A DNA stretch of 64,000 nucleotides from Mobula hypostoma (taxonomy: Eukaryota): the NCBI RefSeq assembly GCF_963921235.1, contig NC_086097.1, forward strand, positions 94,738,001-94,802,000, given 5' to 3'. The first letter of the stretch is position 1; each line of letters begins with the position of its first letter. The notes beneath the pieces are model-generated. The model was not told the origin of the DNA. It did not search any database and saw nothing but the letters and a program-made list of their open reading frames with translations. The translations under genes and the position numbers were made by a program. Positions 11,400 to 24,180 of this stretch are shown piece after piece.

Positions 11400-12220
11400 C
11401 ACTTAGGACTCCGAGGATAAAACAAAGTCAAGATGGTGCTAAACGGTGACTTCTTTGCTTGCATCTTCGGAAACAGCTCTATTTCTATCTTTGATATCCC
11501 TTTTCTTCCCTTTCCAGGTTCCTTTGAAGACCCTGACCCGGAGTTACACTCTGACTTTGGTTCTTTGCGGGAATGGGACCTGCTCTCAGGGCCTCATGAC
11601 CGGCTGCTCTTTGATATCCCAAGGACGCCGCCTGGAAGACTAGTGCACCTTCAGGGTGCCGGATTTTCATGGCTCTGGAGGCGGGCAGATTCGAGGTTGG
11701 TGCCCGGACTGAGGTGTCGCGAGAGAACACAGAACATCGGGAGCAGCAGGTTAGCTGCCATGGGCTGTGTGTTCAGGGAGCTGAGCCCTGGGGCCAACTC
11801 TTTGGCCAACAGACATTTAACATCATAAATCAGTGAGTTGTTAGTTATGTCTCCTCTCTCGCTGTGACATGTGGACACCTCTTTTTCCCTTATTAGGCAG
11901 AGAGAAAGTTTGTGGTATGTTGAATTACTGGGTGAACATGTAGTCTTTGGGGTACTGTCTTTATTGATACTTTGCTGCACGCTTGAGTGCTCAATGGAGG
12001 GTGCTGATGCTTTTTTGCTGGTGGGGGTTGGGAGGGGGTTCTTTGCCTTGCTGCTGCTTGCGTGTGGGAGGGGGGAGCTGGGGGGACTTTGGGGTTGTAA
12101 CGTTTAACTGTCATTCATTCTTTGGGGCACTCCTCTTATTTCGTGGATGTTTGTGAAGAATAACAATTTCAGGATGTACACTGTACACATTTCTCTGACA
12201 TTAAATGTACCTATTGAAAA
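11400..12220 (+). mobile_element. Non-autonomous ~0.8-kb element with CAAGATGG head and LINE-type tail
   Basis: caagatggtg at 11429; ends tttctctgacattaaatgtacctattgaa; related to 23780-24180 and 40045-40778. Confidence 0.7.
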
Positions 12221-12344
12221 GCGAAGTCCATTTCAGTGCAAAGTGATCAAAATGGTCACAGTGTTGCTAGTCTCTAGAGATTAGGGTTTTGACGCTCGGT
12301 TAAAGAGCTGAATGGAAGCGGTTGTTTTTAAACCTGGTTGACAC

Positions 12345-12625
12345 AGTCTCTGAGTAGAGGGGCATCCTTTTAGAACGGAGATGAAGAGAAATTTCTTTAG
12401 CTAGAGAGAGCTGAATCTGTGGAATTCATTGCCACAGGCGGCTGTGGAGGCTAAGACATTCAGGGCAGAGGTTGATCGATTCCTGATTATCAGGGCTTGA
12501 AAGGATACAGGGAGAAAGCAGGATATTGAGGCTGAGAGGGAAAATGGATCGGCCATGATGAAATGGTGGAGCAGACCTGATGGGCCAAATGGCCTAATTC
12601 TGCTCCTATATCTAATGGTCTTAAG
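12345..12625 (+). mobile_element. CR1 3' end
   Basis: gggcatccttttagaacggagatgaagagaaatttctttagc...ggcctaattctgctcctatatctaatggtct. Confidence 0.85.
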
Positions 12626-12924
12626 GCATGAGAATTCAAGCTTCTGTACCTTCTGTGTAATGGTAGCTGTGAGAAGAGGCCATGGCTTGGGTGGAGGGGA
12701 TGGGATCTTTGATGATAGATTTTCCTTCATGAGGCATCATCTCCTGCAGATATTACTGATGGTGGAGAGGGATGTGACCGCGATGTACTAGGCTGAGTCC
12801 ATAGTCTCTGCAGCTTTTTGCAGTACATGCACTCAAAATGTCATACCAGACCATGATGCAACCAGTCAAGACACTTCTAAAAGTACATCTGTAGAAGTTC
12901 ATTAAACTGTTCAGTGCACCAAAT

Positions 12925-13567
12925 ATTATCAAGAGCAAGGAGTTGACTGTAAACTTCAGCAAGGGGAAGTCAGGAGAACATACTCGAATCCTCATTGAAG
13001 GGTCAGTGGTGGAAAGGTTGACGTTTTTCATTTCCTGGGCTTCAACATCTCATAGGATCTGCCCTTGGCCTGAGATATTGATGCAATCAGAACAAAGGCA
13101 CACCAGTAGCAATACCTTATTAGGAGTTTGAGGACATTTGGTTTGTCACCAAAGACTCTAGCAAACTTCTACAAATGTATCGTGGAGAGCACTCTGACTG
13201 GATGCATCACCGTCTGGTAGGGAGGCTCCAATCACAGGATCATGAGTGGCTCCAGAGGGCTGTAGACTCGCCTGGCTCCATCATGGACACAAGCCACCCA
13301 CTATTAAGGACATCTTCCAAAGGTGTGCCTCAGGAAGGCAGCATCCATCTCTAAAGTGCCTCACTGTCTGGAACATGCCCTGTTCTTAGTAAGGGAGGAA
13401 TTACAGGAGTTTCAATGTTTCAAAAATAGCCTCTTCCTCTCTGCCGTCATTTCCATCTTTGCGCTTTTTTATTGTAACTCGTAGTAACTTGTTATGTCTG
13501 CACTGTACTGCTGCCACAAAACAACAAATTTCATGACTTATGTCAACAGCAATAAATCTGATTCTGA
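12925..13567 (+). mobile_element. Rex/Babar LINE 3' fragment
   Basis: ELTVNFSKGKSGEHTRILIEGSVVE; tail aataaatctgattctga. Confidence 0.85.
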
Positions 13568-14419
13568 CAGGCCAAACCTCCTTAACCTCCTAAAGGTAAA
13601 GATGCTGGTGCTGACTGTGGTGTATGATCATGTGAAGTCCATATTCTGTCTCACCCTTCCTTATTCCCTTCACTTAAAAACTCTCAGCTCTGAAAGTGGC
13701 TACCAGCTGAGCTTCCACACCCCTCTGGGGTCAAGGATTTTCATGATTCACATTTCTGCTAGTCACAGTCTAGGTGGCCAGGATCTTGTGCTTGCATGTC
13801 CTTGCTCTTGGTTCTCCAGCTTCTGGGCATTTCTGCTGTCAATCATGGACAAAATACTCCGGGTCTCATCGTGAGATCATTGTTCTGAATTCCAGTGAGT
13901 GAAGTCAGTTTTGCCCAGCTTCTCCTGACATGACAAGCCCTCACCTCAAAAATCTCCACTCCACAGCCTTTAGCTGGAGGCTCAAACTACACATTGTACT
14001 CCAAGTGAAGTGTCATCAAAGATCTGGACAGCTTCTGCAAGATCTATCGATTTTTGCGTTTCAATCCCCTTATATTAAATCACATTGACTGTTTAGAGTA
14101 ACTGCGTTCTGTACCCGCATGTTTATTCTGCGTGCCTCGCGCAGACCTCTCCGCATCTCATTATTTTCCTATTACTCACCATGCAAAAATAATTCTGTTT
14201 TTCATTCCCCTGACTAACCTGGATAATCTCATTTTTCCCAATGTTATTCCCCAACTGCCAACTTCTTCCGCATTGGATTCACCCACTTTAGTCCATTACA
14301 GACTTTATATCTGTCTCACAGCTTTTATTCCCACACTCTGTTACTGTATATCATTCAACTTGAATATGGTAGGCTCTTCATCCTAATCCCCCACTTCATT
14401 TTAATATCTTGGGGATTCA

Positions 14420-15010
14420 ACAGAGACTGAAGTGGAGTAGTCATACACACAAATGTGGCTACAAGAGCAATTTGGAGGCTAGAAGTCTGTCTTCCTAACT
14501 CCCCAAATCCTGTCCAGCATCTACAAGGCTCAGGTCTGGCATTTTCACTTGCCTGGATGAGGGCAACTTCAGCAACACTCAAGAAGCTCAACACCAAACA
14601 AAATTTAGCTGCCTGCTTGATAGGCACTCCATCCACAACCATTCACTCACTCCACCCACCGCCGACACACAGGAACCCTGTACCATCTACAGGGTGCACC
14701 ACAGCAACCCACCAACACCAGCACCTTCCAAACCCACAGCCTCTAGCAGCCAGAAGAATAAGGGCAGTGAAACTTTGGAGACACCAACAGCTGGAAGTTG
14801 CCCTTCAAGCCCCACACCAACCTGACTTGGAAATATATCATTGCTTCTTTGCCGTCACCAAGTCAAAATCCTGCAACTGCCTCCTGAACAATGTTATGGA
14901 TCTACCCACACCTCAAGGACTGCAGCAGTTCTAGAAGACCACCTTCCCAACGGCGAGTAGAGACGGGCCATTAAATGTTGGTCAACTAGGAAGCCCATGT
15001 CCATGAACTA
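14420..15010 (+). mobile_element. Old CR1/L2-group LINE 3' fragment
   Basis: LAWMRATSATLKKLNTKQNLAACLIGTPSTTIHSLH in ORF 14455-14934. Confidence 0.7.
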
Positions 15011-17294
15011 AAATGTCACCAATGTAAATCATGAATACCTTAAGTTCTAGAACTAATCATTGTGACACCATGATGTATGAATCAAGTATATTATATCTTC
15101 TGGATAAGACCAAAGATTGAGGGTCCTACATCCCCAGTCCTTACAGTCACATCCTTCTGCTCCTGACCACTGCCCAAATATAGGCAACTGCCTAATTTAA
15201 AGGTAGAGACTGTTTCATGGATCATCCTGCACAAGTATCTCACTCTGTCCATAAATTCTGCAGCTTGAACTCCAGCACAACAACTCCAAGCCACGTATCC
15301 TTAAGATGGAGACATATTCTGCAAGTGTGATTGTGGAAATTCTCACAATTCTCAGTAAGTCTTGTTGAATTTATTTAATTAGTTTCTATTTACTGGATAT
15401 TGGTTTTTTTAATGACGTAATCTACCAAAATAAATGAACCTATATTACTTTCACCCATACTTGCAGTGGTAGTTAATAGTGTTATTCTTCTGTTACTCAG
15501 TCAGCTGCCCCCACATGGGAGGAGTTCACAAGTAGAGTTATCAATAAAGTACAGCTGAGGTTCCTACAAAACTGGCGACCTAGTGTGATCTGCACTCTCC
15601 ATCAATACCGAACACGACAATATTTTCTTCTACTGTAAGCCTTCTAAAAATATAATCACATCAACTTTCACTAAGCATTGGACTAATTTTGAACACCTAC
15701 TGCTAGAAGCCTCCAGAAACCATCACAGTCATTGACAGGATCTCTTCCTCCCTGAGAACAAATTCCCATGATGATCAAATTCCTCACTTTGTTGACTTTG
15801 CCCTCCATTTAAGATCGCCTTGTGCATTTGCAAAGAGCTGTTTCCTCGTGTCTTTAGAACACAGATAGTGCTTTATCTTCACAATTTAATCCCTTCTGTA
15901 TTCATAATGGATTCACACTGCTGCCTCGCTACATTTACAATATACAGACTGCTGTACACAAAGAGAGCTGTTTCTTGAATGTAAAATTTAAACAGGGCAG
16001 TTTCCAATACACGCAGAATTAGCCCGTTTTAAAATGCATGTTAACACCTCGGTATGGCTGCACTTAAAACATACACAAAGATATTTCAATTTATTATATA
16101 TCTATCATGCTATTTCTCTGTGTTTATAATATACACATGCTAAGCCTACATACAAAGTCATGAATGGAAAAAATTGAGCATTGTGGGACTAGTGTTCTGA
16201 GCTGCAGATATTTCAATGCAAGGAATATTGTAGGACAGACAGGTGAGTTTAGGGCATGGATCAGCATGTGGAATTCTCACATTGTAGCCATTAGTGAGAC
16301 TTGGTTGCAGGAGGGGCAGGAATGTCAGCTCATTGTTCCAGACATTCCATTATTTTAGACATGATACAGTAGGAGGGATGAAAGGGGGAAAGGTGGTATT
16401 ACTAGTTAGGAAAAATGTCTCAGCAACGTTCTGTCAAGACAAACTGGAGAGCTCATCTAGTGAGGCTTTCTGGGTAGAACTGAGGAATGAATAAGAAAGG
16501 TATGCTCATGTTAATGGCATTATATTATGGATTCCCCAACTTTTTGCAGGATTTAGAGGAGCAAATTTGTAGAGAGGTCACAGGCTATTGCAAGAACCAT
16601 GAGGTTGTGATGACAGGTGATTTTAACTTTCCACGTATTGACTGGGACTTTCATACTGTAAAATGGCTGGATGGGAAAGAGTTTATCAAATGTGTTCTGG
16701 AAAGTTTCATACTAGTCCCAACAAGAAAGTGTGATAGTAGATCTCCTATTAAGGAATGAGACAGGGCAGGGAACTGAAATTTGTGTAGGGGAACGCTTTG
16801 CATCTAGTGATCATAATGCCATTAGTTTTAAGGTAATTATGGTAAAAGATGGGTCTGTCTGATCCTCAGGTTGAGATTCTAAACTGGAGAAAGGCCAATT
16901 TTGATGGTATCAGAAAGGATCTGGCGTGTGGATTGGGACAGGCTGTTTTCTGACAAAGGTGTACTTGGTAAGTGGGAGGCCTTCAAAGGGAGATTTTGAG
17001 AGTACGGAGTTTGTATGTTCCCATCAGAATAACAGGCAAGGATAAGAGGTTTAGCGAACTTTTGTTTTTGAAAGATATTGAAGCCCATGGTTAAGAAAAA
17101 AGAGGTGCATAGTAGGTATAGGCAGGTAGGAACAAATAAGGTACTTGTGGAGTATAAAAAATGCAAGAGAAAGAAATCAAGTGGGCTAAAAGAAGACATG
17201 AGGTTGCTGTAGCAGACAAGGTGAAGTAGAATCCTACGGGTTTTTGTAGACATATTAAGAATTTTAGAGTTGTACACTTTGATAATAAAAGAAG

Positions 17295-18071
17295 TGCTAC
17301 ACCCTGGTTAAGCTTTTACTGCTAAAACTGTAGGCTATTTCATTTAATCGTTTTCTGTAAAAGAAGTGTGTTCTGCTGGTAGTGTTTGGGTTGCTGTTAA
17401 AGATAGGGGTTGTGATGTTCAGCTTAGGAATGTCAGGTCAGCCAATCAGGATGGTGGAATTAGAAGAAGGTTCTAGAGAAAGTTGGACAGAGAGGTTTTA
17501 TGATGGACACTAAAGGGGTCGAGGTCCTTTCTCAGCGGGAGATAGAGAGAGAAGAAGATCGAGAGAACCAGCAGTAGGATTCGATCCAATCAGAATGGGC
17601 GATTCGATGGAATTCCAGATGGAAAGTTCAATTGGTGATCGGTAATAGGAGTTGGCTCCGTGAGTACAAGGACACCTCTAGCTTTTGAAAGGTTTGAACT
17701 CCAATTTTATGCACATTTGGCTGTTTTAATTATAATAGACCCTTTTCTATTTTTTCTTCTCTTTCTTCTTTAACAATCATTTGATTAAGTTGATATTCAT
17801 AAATATACTTTCTTTATAATTGTATGCAGTGTACGATCTGTTATATCTTGCCGTCCGGAAATTGCAAATGGGCAGCATTTACACAGTATTCACTCAGATT
17901 GGAGTGTGGATGGTCGAAACATCCAGGCTCTCCCAGTCTGGTGGGACCCAAGTCATAAAGATCCTCGATGTACAGAGTTCAAGAAAGGTGGTTTTCTCAC
18001 TAGTCTATTGGCTTGTTAGTGAGGGGCTAACTAGCCGTGTTTCTAGAGACACCTGGTAAGAAGGGGTTTCA
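17295..18071. mobile_element. Solo LTR (777 bp)
   Basis: TG...CA ends (tgctacaccc / ggggtttca) with exact 4-bp TSD GAAG (17291-17294 and 18072-18075); CCAAT motif at about 17442. Confidence 0.8.
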
Positions 18072-19635
18072 GAAGAATTTCAGAGATGTATACTTTGATA
18101 ATAAATGAACCTTTGAAGAGTAAAAGGACATCAAGGGACAATATTGGTCCTCTGGAAGATCAGAGTGGTAACGTATGCATGGAGCTGAAAGAGATGGGGG
18201 AAGTCTTAAATAGATTTTTTCCATTTGTATTTACTTGGGTGACGGACATGGAGTCTATCGAAGTGAGACAAAGCAACAGCAAGGTTTTGGACCCTATAAA
18301 TATTACAGTGGAGAAGGTAATTGCTGTCTTGAGGCAAAGTAGAGTAATAAATCTTCAGGGCCTGATAAGATGTTCCCTCGGACCATGTGGGAGACTAGTG
18401 CAAAGATATTTAACCACAGGTGATGTACTGAAGGATTGAAGGTTAGCTAATGTTGTTCCATTATTTAAGAAAGGCTCTAAGAATAAGATGAGAAATGATA
18501 GGTCAGTGAGCCTGACATCAGCAGTGGGAAAGTTTCAGAAAGGCATACTAAGGGACAGTATATATGAGTATTTGGATAGACAGGGACTGATTATGGATAG
18601 TCAGCATGGCTTTGTTTGTGGTAATAAATCTAACCAATCTTACAGAGATTTTCAAGGAAGGTACCAGGAAAGCAGATGAAGGCAAGGCAGTGGATGTTGC
18701 CTACATGGACCTCAGCAAGGCCTATGACAAGGTCCCACGTGGAATGCTGGTCAAGAAGGCTCAGTCACTTGGCACTCAAAATGAGGTAGTAAATTGGATC
18801 AGACATTGGCTTCGCAGAAGAAGCCAGAGAGTGATTGTAGATGATTGCCTCTCTGACTGGAGGCCTGTGATCAGTGGAGTGCTGCACTGGTGCTGGGTCC
18901 ATTGCTGTTTGTCATCTATATCAATGATCTAGATGATTATGTGGTTAACTGGATCAGCGAATTTGTGGATGACACCAAGACTGGGGTGTAGAGGACAAGG
19001 AAAACTATCAAAGCTTGCCACAGGATCTGTACCAGATGGAGAAATTAGCTGAAAAGTGGCAGATTGACTGACAAGTGCAAGGTGTTGTTCTTTGGGAGCG
19101 CCAACCAGGTTAGGTCTTAAATGGTGAGTGTTAGGGCACTGAGGAGTGCGGAAGAACAGTGAGGCCTAGGAAGACGGATCCATAATTCATTGAAATTGGC
19201 ATCACAGGTTTAGTAGACAGAGTTGTAAAGATAGCCTTTGGCACATTGGCCTTCAGTAATCAATATACTGAGTGCAGGAGTTGGGCTGTTATGTTGAAAA
19301 TGTATAAGGTGTTGGTGAGACCAATTTGGAGTATTATGCCCTGTTTTTTCACCTACTGCCAGGAAAGATGTCACTAAGATTGAAAGAGTGCAGAGAAGAT
19401 TTATGAGCTTGTTGCTGGAATTTGAGGACCTGAATTATAGGGAAAGGTTGAATGGGTTAGGTTAAAGATTGAGGGGGGATTTGATCAAGGTATACACAAT
19501 TATGAAGTGAGGTAAAAGCAAGATTGGAAGAAACTGGAACTAGAGGACAGGGTTAAGGATGAAATTGAAATGTTTAAGGGGAACAAGAGGAGGAACTTCT
19601 TCACTCAAAGGGAATTAAGAGTAAGTTGGATAGTA

Positions 19636-20181
19636 CAGCACTTTACAAGTGTCTTTTGCACAAACAGTATATATAGCTAGAATGCCTAAGTCTTTTGCAC
19701 AGTACTGTATTTGTCAACATGGAGCAGAGAGTGAGTTTGTAAATCTACCATGAGCAAAGGATGTTGGGAATGGGGAGGGTGGAGTACTGCGGGAGGGGTG
19801 TGGGACAGCTGGCAGAGAAGGAGTGCTAGGGTTGGTGGGTGGCGTAGTTGTAGACACACCCAGCCCTGAGACACCAGGCAAGGTCATTTGATTCCAAACA
19901 ATTGGTTTATTGATCATTACAGAATGTCTCTCTGGTGCTTCCTGCTCCCTCCCCTCTCCCTTTCCCTTTTCCCAATCATGATTCCCCTCTCCCTGCCCCC
20001 TTCCCACTCTCAGTCCACAATACAGGCCCAGATCAGAATCAGGTTTATCATCACTCACATGTCATGATTTTTATCTTTTGCGGCAGCGCTACAGTGCAAT
20101 ACATAAAATTACTACAGTACTATGCAAAAGTCTTGGGGACCCTAGCCATGTATATGCGTCTAAGACTTTTGCACTGTACTG
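19636..20181. mobile_element. Composite element: mini-MITE, internal cargo, mini-MITE; inserted at TA
   Basis: Hairpin MITEs at 19636-19707 and 20115-20181 with TIR ~CAGTACTGTGCAAAAGTCTTAGG; TA on both flanks; splits CR1 ggatag|TA|catg. Confidence 0.75.
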
Positions 20182-20337
20182 TACATGTTTGGGAAGGGTA
20201 TGGAGGGCTATGGTCCGGGTGAAGGTCGATGGGAGTAGACTGATTAATGGTTCAGCACAGACTAGATGGACCAAAGGGCCTGTTTCTGTTCTGTAGTGTT
20301 GTATGATTCTATGACCATGGTTACCTATCTATATATA

Positions 20338-20886
20338 CATTCAGTGGCCACTTTATTAGGTACAGGAGTAAAACCTGGTGTGGTCTTTTTCTGTTATAGC
20401 CCATCCACTTCAAGGGTTGGCATGTAGTGCAATCAGAGATGCTTTCCTGAACACCACTGTTGTAACACATGGCTAGTTCGGTTCCCATCGCTTTCCTGTC
20501 AGTGCAACCCAGTCTGGCTATGCTCCATGACCTCTCTCATTAACAAGGCATTTTCACCCACAGAACTGCCGCTCACTGGATGTTTTTTTTTTGCTTTTTG
20601 CGCCATTTTCTGTAAACTCCAGAGACTGTTGTGCGTGAAAATCCCAGGAGATCAGCAGTTCCTGAGATACTCAAACCACCCCATCTGGCACCAACAATCA
20701 TTCCACATTCAAAGTCACTAAGATCACATTTCTTCCCCATTCTGCTATTTTGTCTGAACAGCAAATGAACCCCTTGACCATGTCTGCATGCTTTTATGCA
20801 TTGAGTTGATGCCACATGATTGACTGATTAGGTATTTGCATTAACGAGCAGATTTGCGAATGTACCTATAAAATGGCCACTGAGTA
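20338..20886 (-). mobile_element. Tc1/mariner non-autonomous deletion derivative
   Basis: TIRs cattcagtggccactttattaggtaca / tgtacctataaaatggccactgagta with TA flanks; HTH remnant GKKCDLSDFECGMIVGARWGGLSISGTADLLGFSRTTVS. Confidence 0.9.
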
Positions 20887-21064
20887 TATTATACACACTG
20901 CCATTTATTTTTATTTATATTGTACACACGACTATTTCTCTGTTCTTATAATGCACAGAAAATGTTGTAAACATATGCTGTTACTTCATTGTATTTATGT
21001 TCAACACACAGAGCCCTTTCCCTGTCTTTATATCCAGTGCTGAATGTCTGTACTGATAGTACGT

Positions 21065-23710
21065 CCATTTTATCTGCGGAGCGAGATTTCCACCATCATC
21101 CTGGTATTGGTGTACATTCCACCCTGGCCAACATCAGCCAGGCACTGGGGGAGCTGCGCACCATGATCAGCAGGCACAAAACAGCATACCCTGATGCCTT
21201 CCCTATCATTGTGAGAGATTTCAACCAGGCTAGCCCAAACAACTACCACCAACATATCACCTGTGGAACCAGAGGAGCCAACATACCTGTCCACTGATAC
21301 AGCACCACCAAGAACACTTACCGTGCCACCCGACGCCAACACCTAGGGAAGTCCAATCACCCGGAATACAGGCAGAGACTAAAGACCACAGGACAGGTGG
21401 TGAGAACTAAGAAAGTATAGTCAAGGGAGGCACAGGAACACTTTGAGTCAGAACACTGAATAATATTCAGGGATTCACCTTCGTATCTGAATAAATACAC
21501 CACTGTTGTCACCAGCTTCATTGAGACCTTTGTGGATGAGTGTGTGTCTTTGAGAACATAACCAAGCCAAAAGCCATGGATAAAACAGGAGATTCATCAT
21601 CTGAAGAGGGCTACATCAAGACTGGTGATCCAGAACTATATAAGAAGTCCAGGTGCGACCTACAGAAGGCTATTTTAGGAGCAATAAAACACAGAAGTTA
21701 GACATAGAATCAGATGCACACCATCTCTGACAGGGTTTGCAGGCCATTGCTACCTACAAGGTGAAACCTAACATCATGAATGGCCCTGATGCTTCACTCC
21801 CAGATGAGCTCAATGCCTCTTATGCCCACTTTGAAAGGGAGAATAAAACTACACCTGTGCAAATCCAGCAGCTTCTGGTGACTCCGTGGTCTCTGTCTCA
21901 GATGCTGACGTCAGAACTTCTTTCAAAAGGTGTACCTGGTAAGGTACAGAAAACCTGGACCAATCAACCAGCAGGAGTTTTCAAGAGCACCTTCAACCTC
22001 TCATTGCTGCAGTTGGAGGTTGCCACCTGCTTCAAAAGGGTGACAATCATACCAGTGCCCGAGAGGAGCAGGGGGAACTGCCTTAATGACTATCACCCAG
22101 TGGCACTCACATCTACTATGATGAAGTGCTCTGACAGGTTAATCATGGCCCAAATCAGTTCCCACCTAAGCAAGGACATGGACCCACTGGACTCTGCCTG
22201 TTGACACAACGGGCAATCTCACTGGCTCGCCACTTGGCCTTGGATCACCTGGACAATAGTAACATCTACATCAGGCTGCTGTTTATTGATTACAGCTCAG
22301 CATTCAATGCCACCATACCCTCAGTTGTAAGCTCCAAGACCTGGGCCTCTGTACCTCCCTCTGCAACTGCATCCTCGACTTCCTCACTGAGAGACCACAG
22401 TCTATGCAGATCAGAACTAAAGTCCCCTCCTTGCTGATGATAAACACTGGTGCACCTCAGGGGCGTGTGCTTAGCCCACTGCTCTACTCTCTCTATACCC
22501 ATGACTGTGTGACTAGGCACAGCTCAAATGCCAGCTATGAATTTGCCAATTATACCACTATTGTGGAAAACAATTTCAGGTGGTGACGAGGAGATACAGA
22601 GAAGTGAGAAAGATCACTGTCTGAGTAATGTCACAACAACAATCTTGCACTCAACATCAGTAAGACCAAGGAATTGTTTGTGGACCTCGGGATGTGGAAG
22701 TTGAGGGAACATAGACCAGACCTCGTCGAGGGATCAGTAGTGAGAAGGGTGAGCAGTTTCAAGTTCCTGGGCCTAACATATTGATGCAGTTACAAAGAAG
22801 GCACGACAGTGGCTATATTTCGTTAGGGGTTTGAGGAGATTTGGTATGTCACCAAAGACACTCACAAATTTCTGCAGATGTTCCATGGAGAGCATTCTGA
22901 CTGGTTGCATCACCATCTGGTCTGGAGAGGCCACTGCCCAGGAATGGAAAAAGTTGCAGAAAGTTGTAAACTCAGTCAGCTCTGTCAGGGGCACCAGCCT
23001 CCCCTGCTTCCAGGCCATCTTCAAAAGGTAATGTCTCAAGATGACAATTTCCATCATTAAGGATGCCCATCATCAAGGACAAGCTCTCTGCTCGTTTCTA
23101 CCATCAAGGAGGAGGTACCGGACTCTGAGGACACACACTCAACGATTCAGGACCAGCTTCTTCCCCTCCACCATTAGATTTCTGAATGGACAATGAACCC
23201 ATGTACACTACCTCATTATTTTTCCTTCTTTTGCTCTCTTTTTGCACTACTTATTTAACGTAAAAAATATCTATCTTATCGTAATTTATAGTTTTTTATT
23301 ATTATTATTATGTATTTTGCAATGTACTGCTACAACAAAAAGCGAAAGATTTCATGACATAGTAAAGGTATCCGTTAGTCTTGCGAGACCATGGATCTGC
23401 ACCCGGAAAGTCTTCACTCTTCAGGGCGCAGGCCTGGGCAAGGTTGTATGGAAGACCAGCAGTTGCCCATGCTGCAAGTCTCCCTCTCCACGCCACCGAT
23501 GTTGTCCAAGGGAAGGGCATTAGGACCCATACAGCTTGGCACCAGTATCGTCACAGAGCAATGTGTGGTTAAGTGCCTTGCTCAGGGACACAACACGCTG
23601 CCTCGGCTGGGTCTCGAACTCACGACCTTCAGATCACTAATCGAATGCCTTCCCCACTTGGCCACGTGCCCACAATGACATATGCCAGTGATATTAACCC
23701 TGATTCTGTG
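21065..23710 (+). mobile_element. Decayed Rex1/Babar LINE (EN C-terminal part, RT, tail)
   Basis: [78 protein letters not shown]. Confidence 0.92.
23362..23674 (-). mobile_element. tRNA-headed SINE with CORE-like middle and RTE-like 3' end
   Basis: A box tggccaagtgg, B box gttcgagacc, gtgtccctgagcaaggcacttaacc; 8-bp TSD ATGACATA (23354-23361 and 23675-23682). Confidence 0.85.
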
Positions 23711-23779
23711 TACATAAGTTCTGTGGGGTTTTCTGTAACGAGCTGCCCTGCTGTCACTACAAAGACTGTGGAGTGACTG

Positions 23780-24180
23780 TGGCCACTCTGACCAGGTGGT
23801 AGGTGGCACAGTGGCGGAGTCGCTGTCTCACGGCACCTCCTTCATGGGAGAGAGAGCCCGTGGCATGTTGAGGTGCGGGGAAGAACACAGTTTCTGTCTG
23901 ATTGAGTCTGGATCATGGTCCCTTTGGGGGCTTTGCTATTGCCTGCATGGTGGGTGGTTGGGGGGCAGATGCTTTTGCTGAGGCAGGTGGTAAGGAGGAG
24001 CGAGATGTTTGATGCTTGTGCATGGGGGGATAGCGGGGGCTTTGGGAATCTAACATTTTTCTGTCATGCATTCTTTGGGTTTTTTTCTTCTGTTTTGTCG
24101 ATGTCTGTGAAGAGTAAGAATTTTAGGTTGCATACTGTGTACTTGCCCTGATACTAAATGGAACATTGAGCCATCGAACT
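23780..24180 (+). mobile_element. Partial non-autonomous LINE-tailed element (family of 11400-12220)
   Basis: Shared 3' half; tail ccctgatactaaatggaacattgagccatcgaac. Confidence 0.65.

Larger units (their letters stand above)
11230..12920 (-). mobile_element. Fragmented Rex/Babar LINE 3' region split by later insertions
   Basis: Tail near 11230-11390; LMNFYRCTFRSVLTGCIMVWY at 12830-12910. Confidence 0.6.
16165..20320 (+). mobile_element. Decayed CR1 LINE with most of ORF2 (APE endonuclease plus RT), interrupted by a solo LTR and a composite MITE
   Basis: YFNARNI, IVAISETWL, GDFNFPRIDW, VSLTSAVGK, YMDLSKAYDKVP; many stops and frameshifts; 3' tail gattctatga near 20310. Confidence 0.92.

Noticed and set aside
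12630..13567. Twin-priming inversion of one LINE
   Set aside because: The two oppositely oriented Rex fragments overlap in coverage, each has its own 3' tail, and they are quite diverged, so they are independent insertions
23600..23674. tRNA gene
   Set aside because: It is the tRNA-derived head of a SINE bounded by a TSD; no complete cloverleaf is evident
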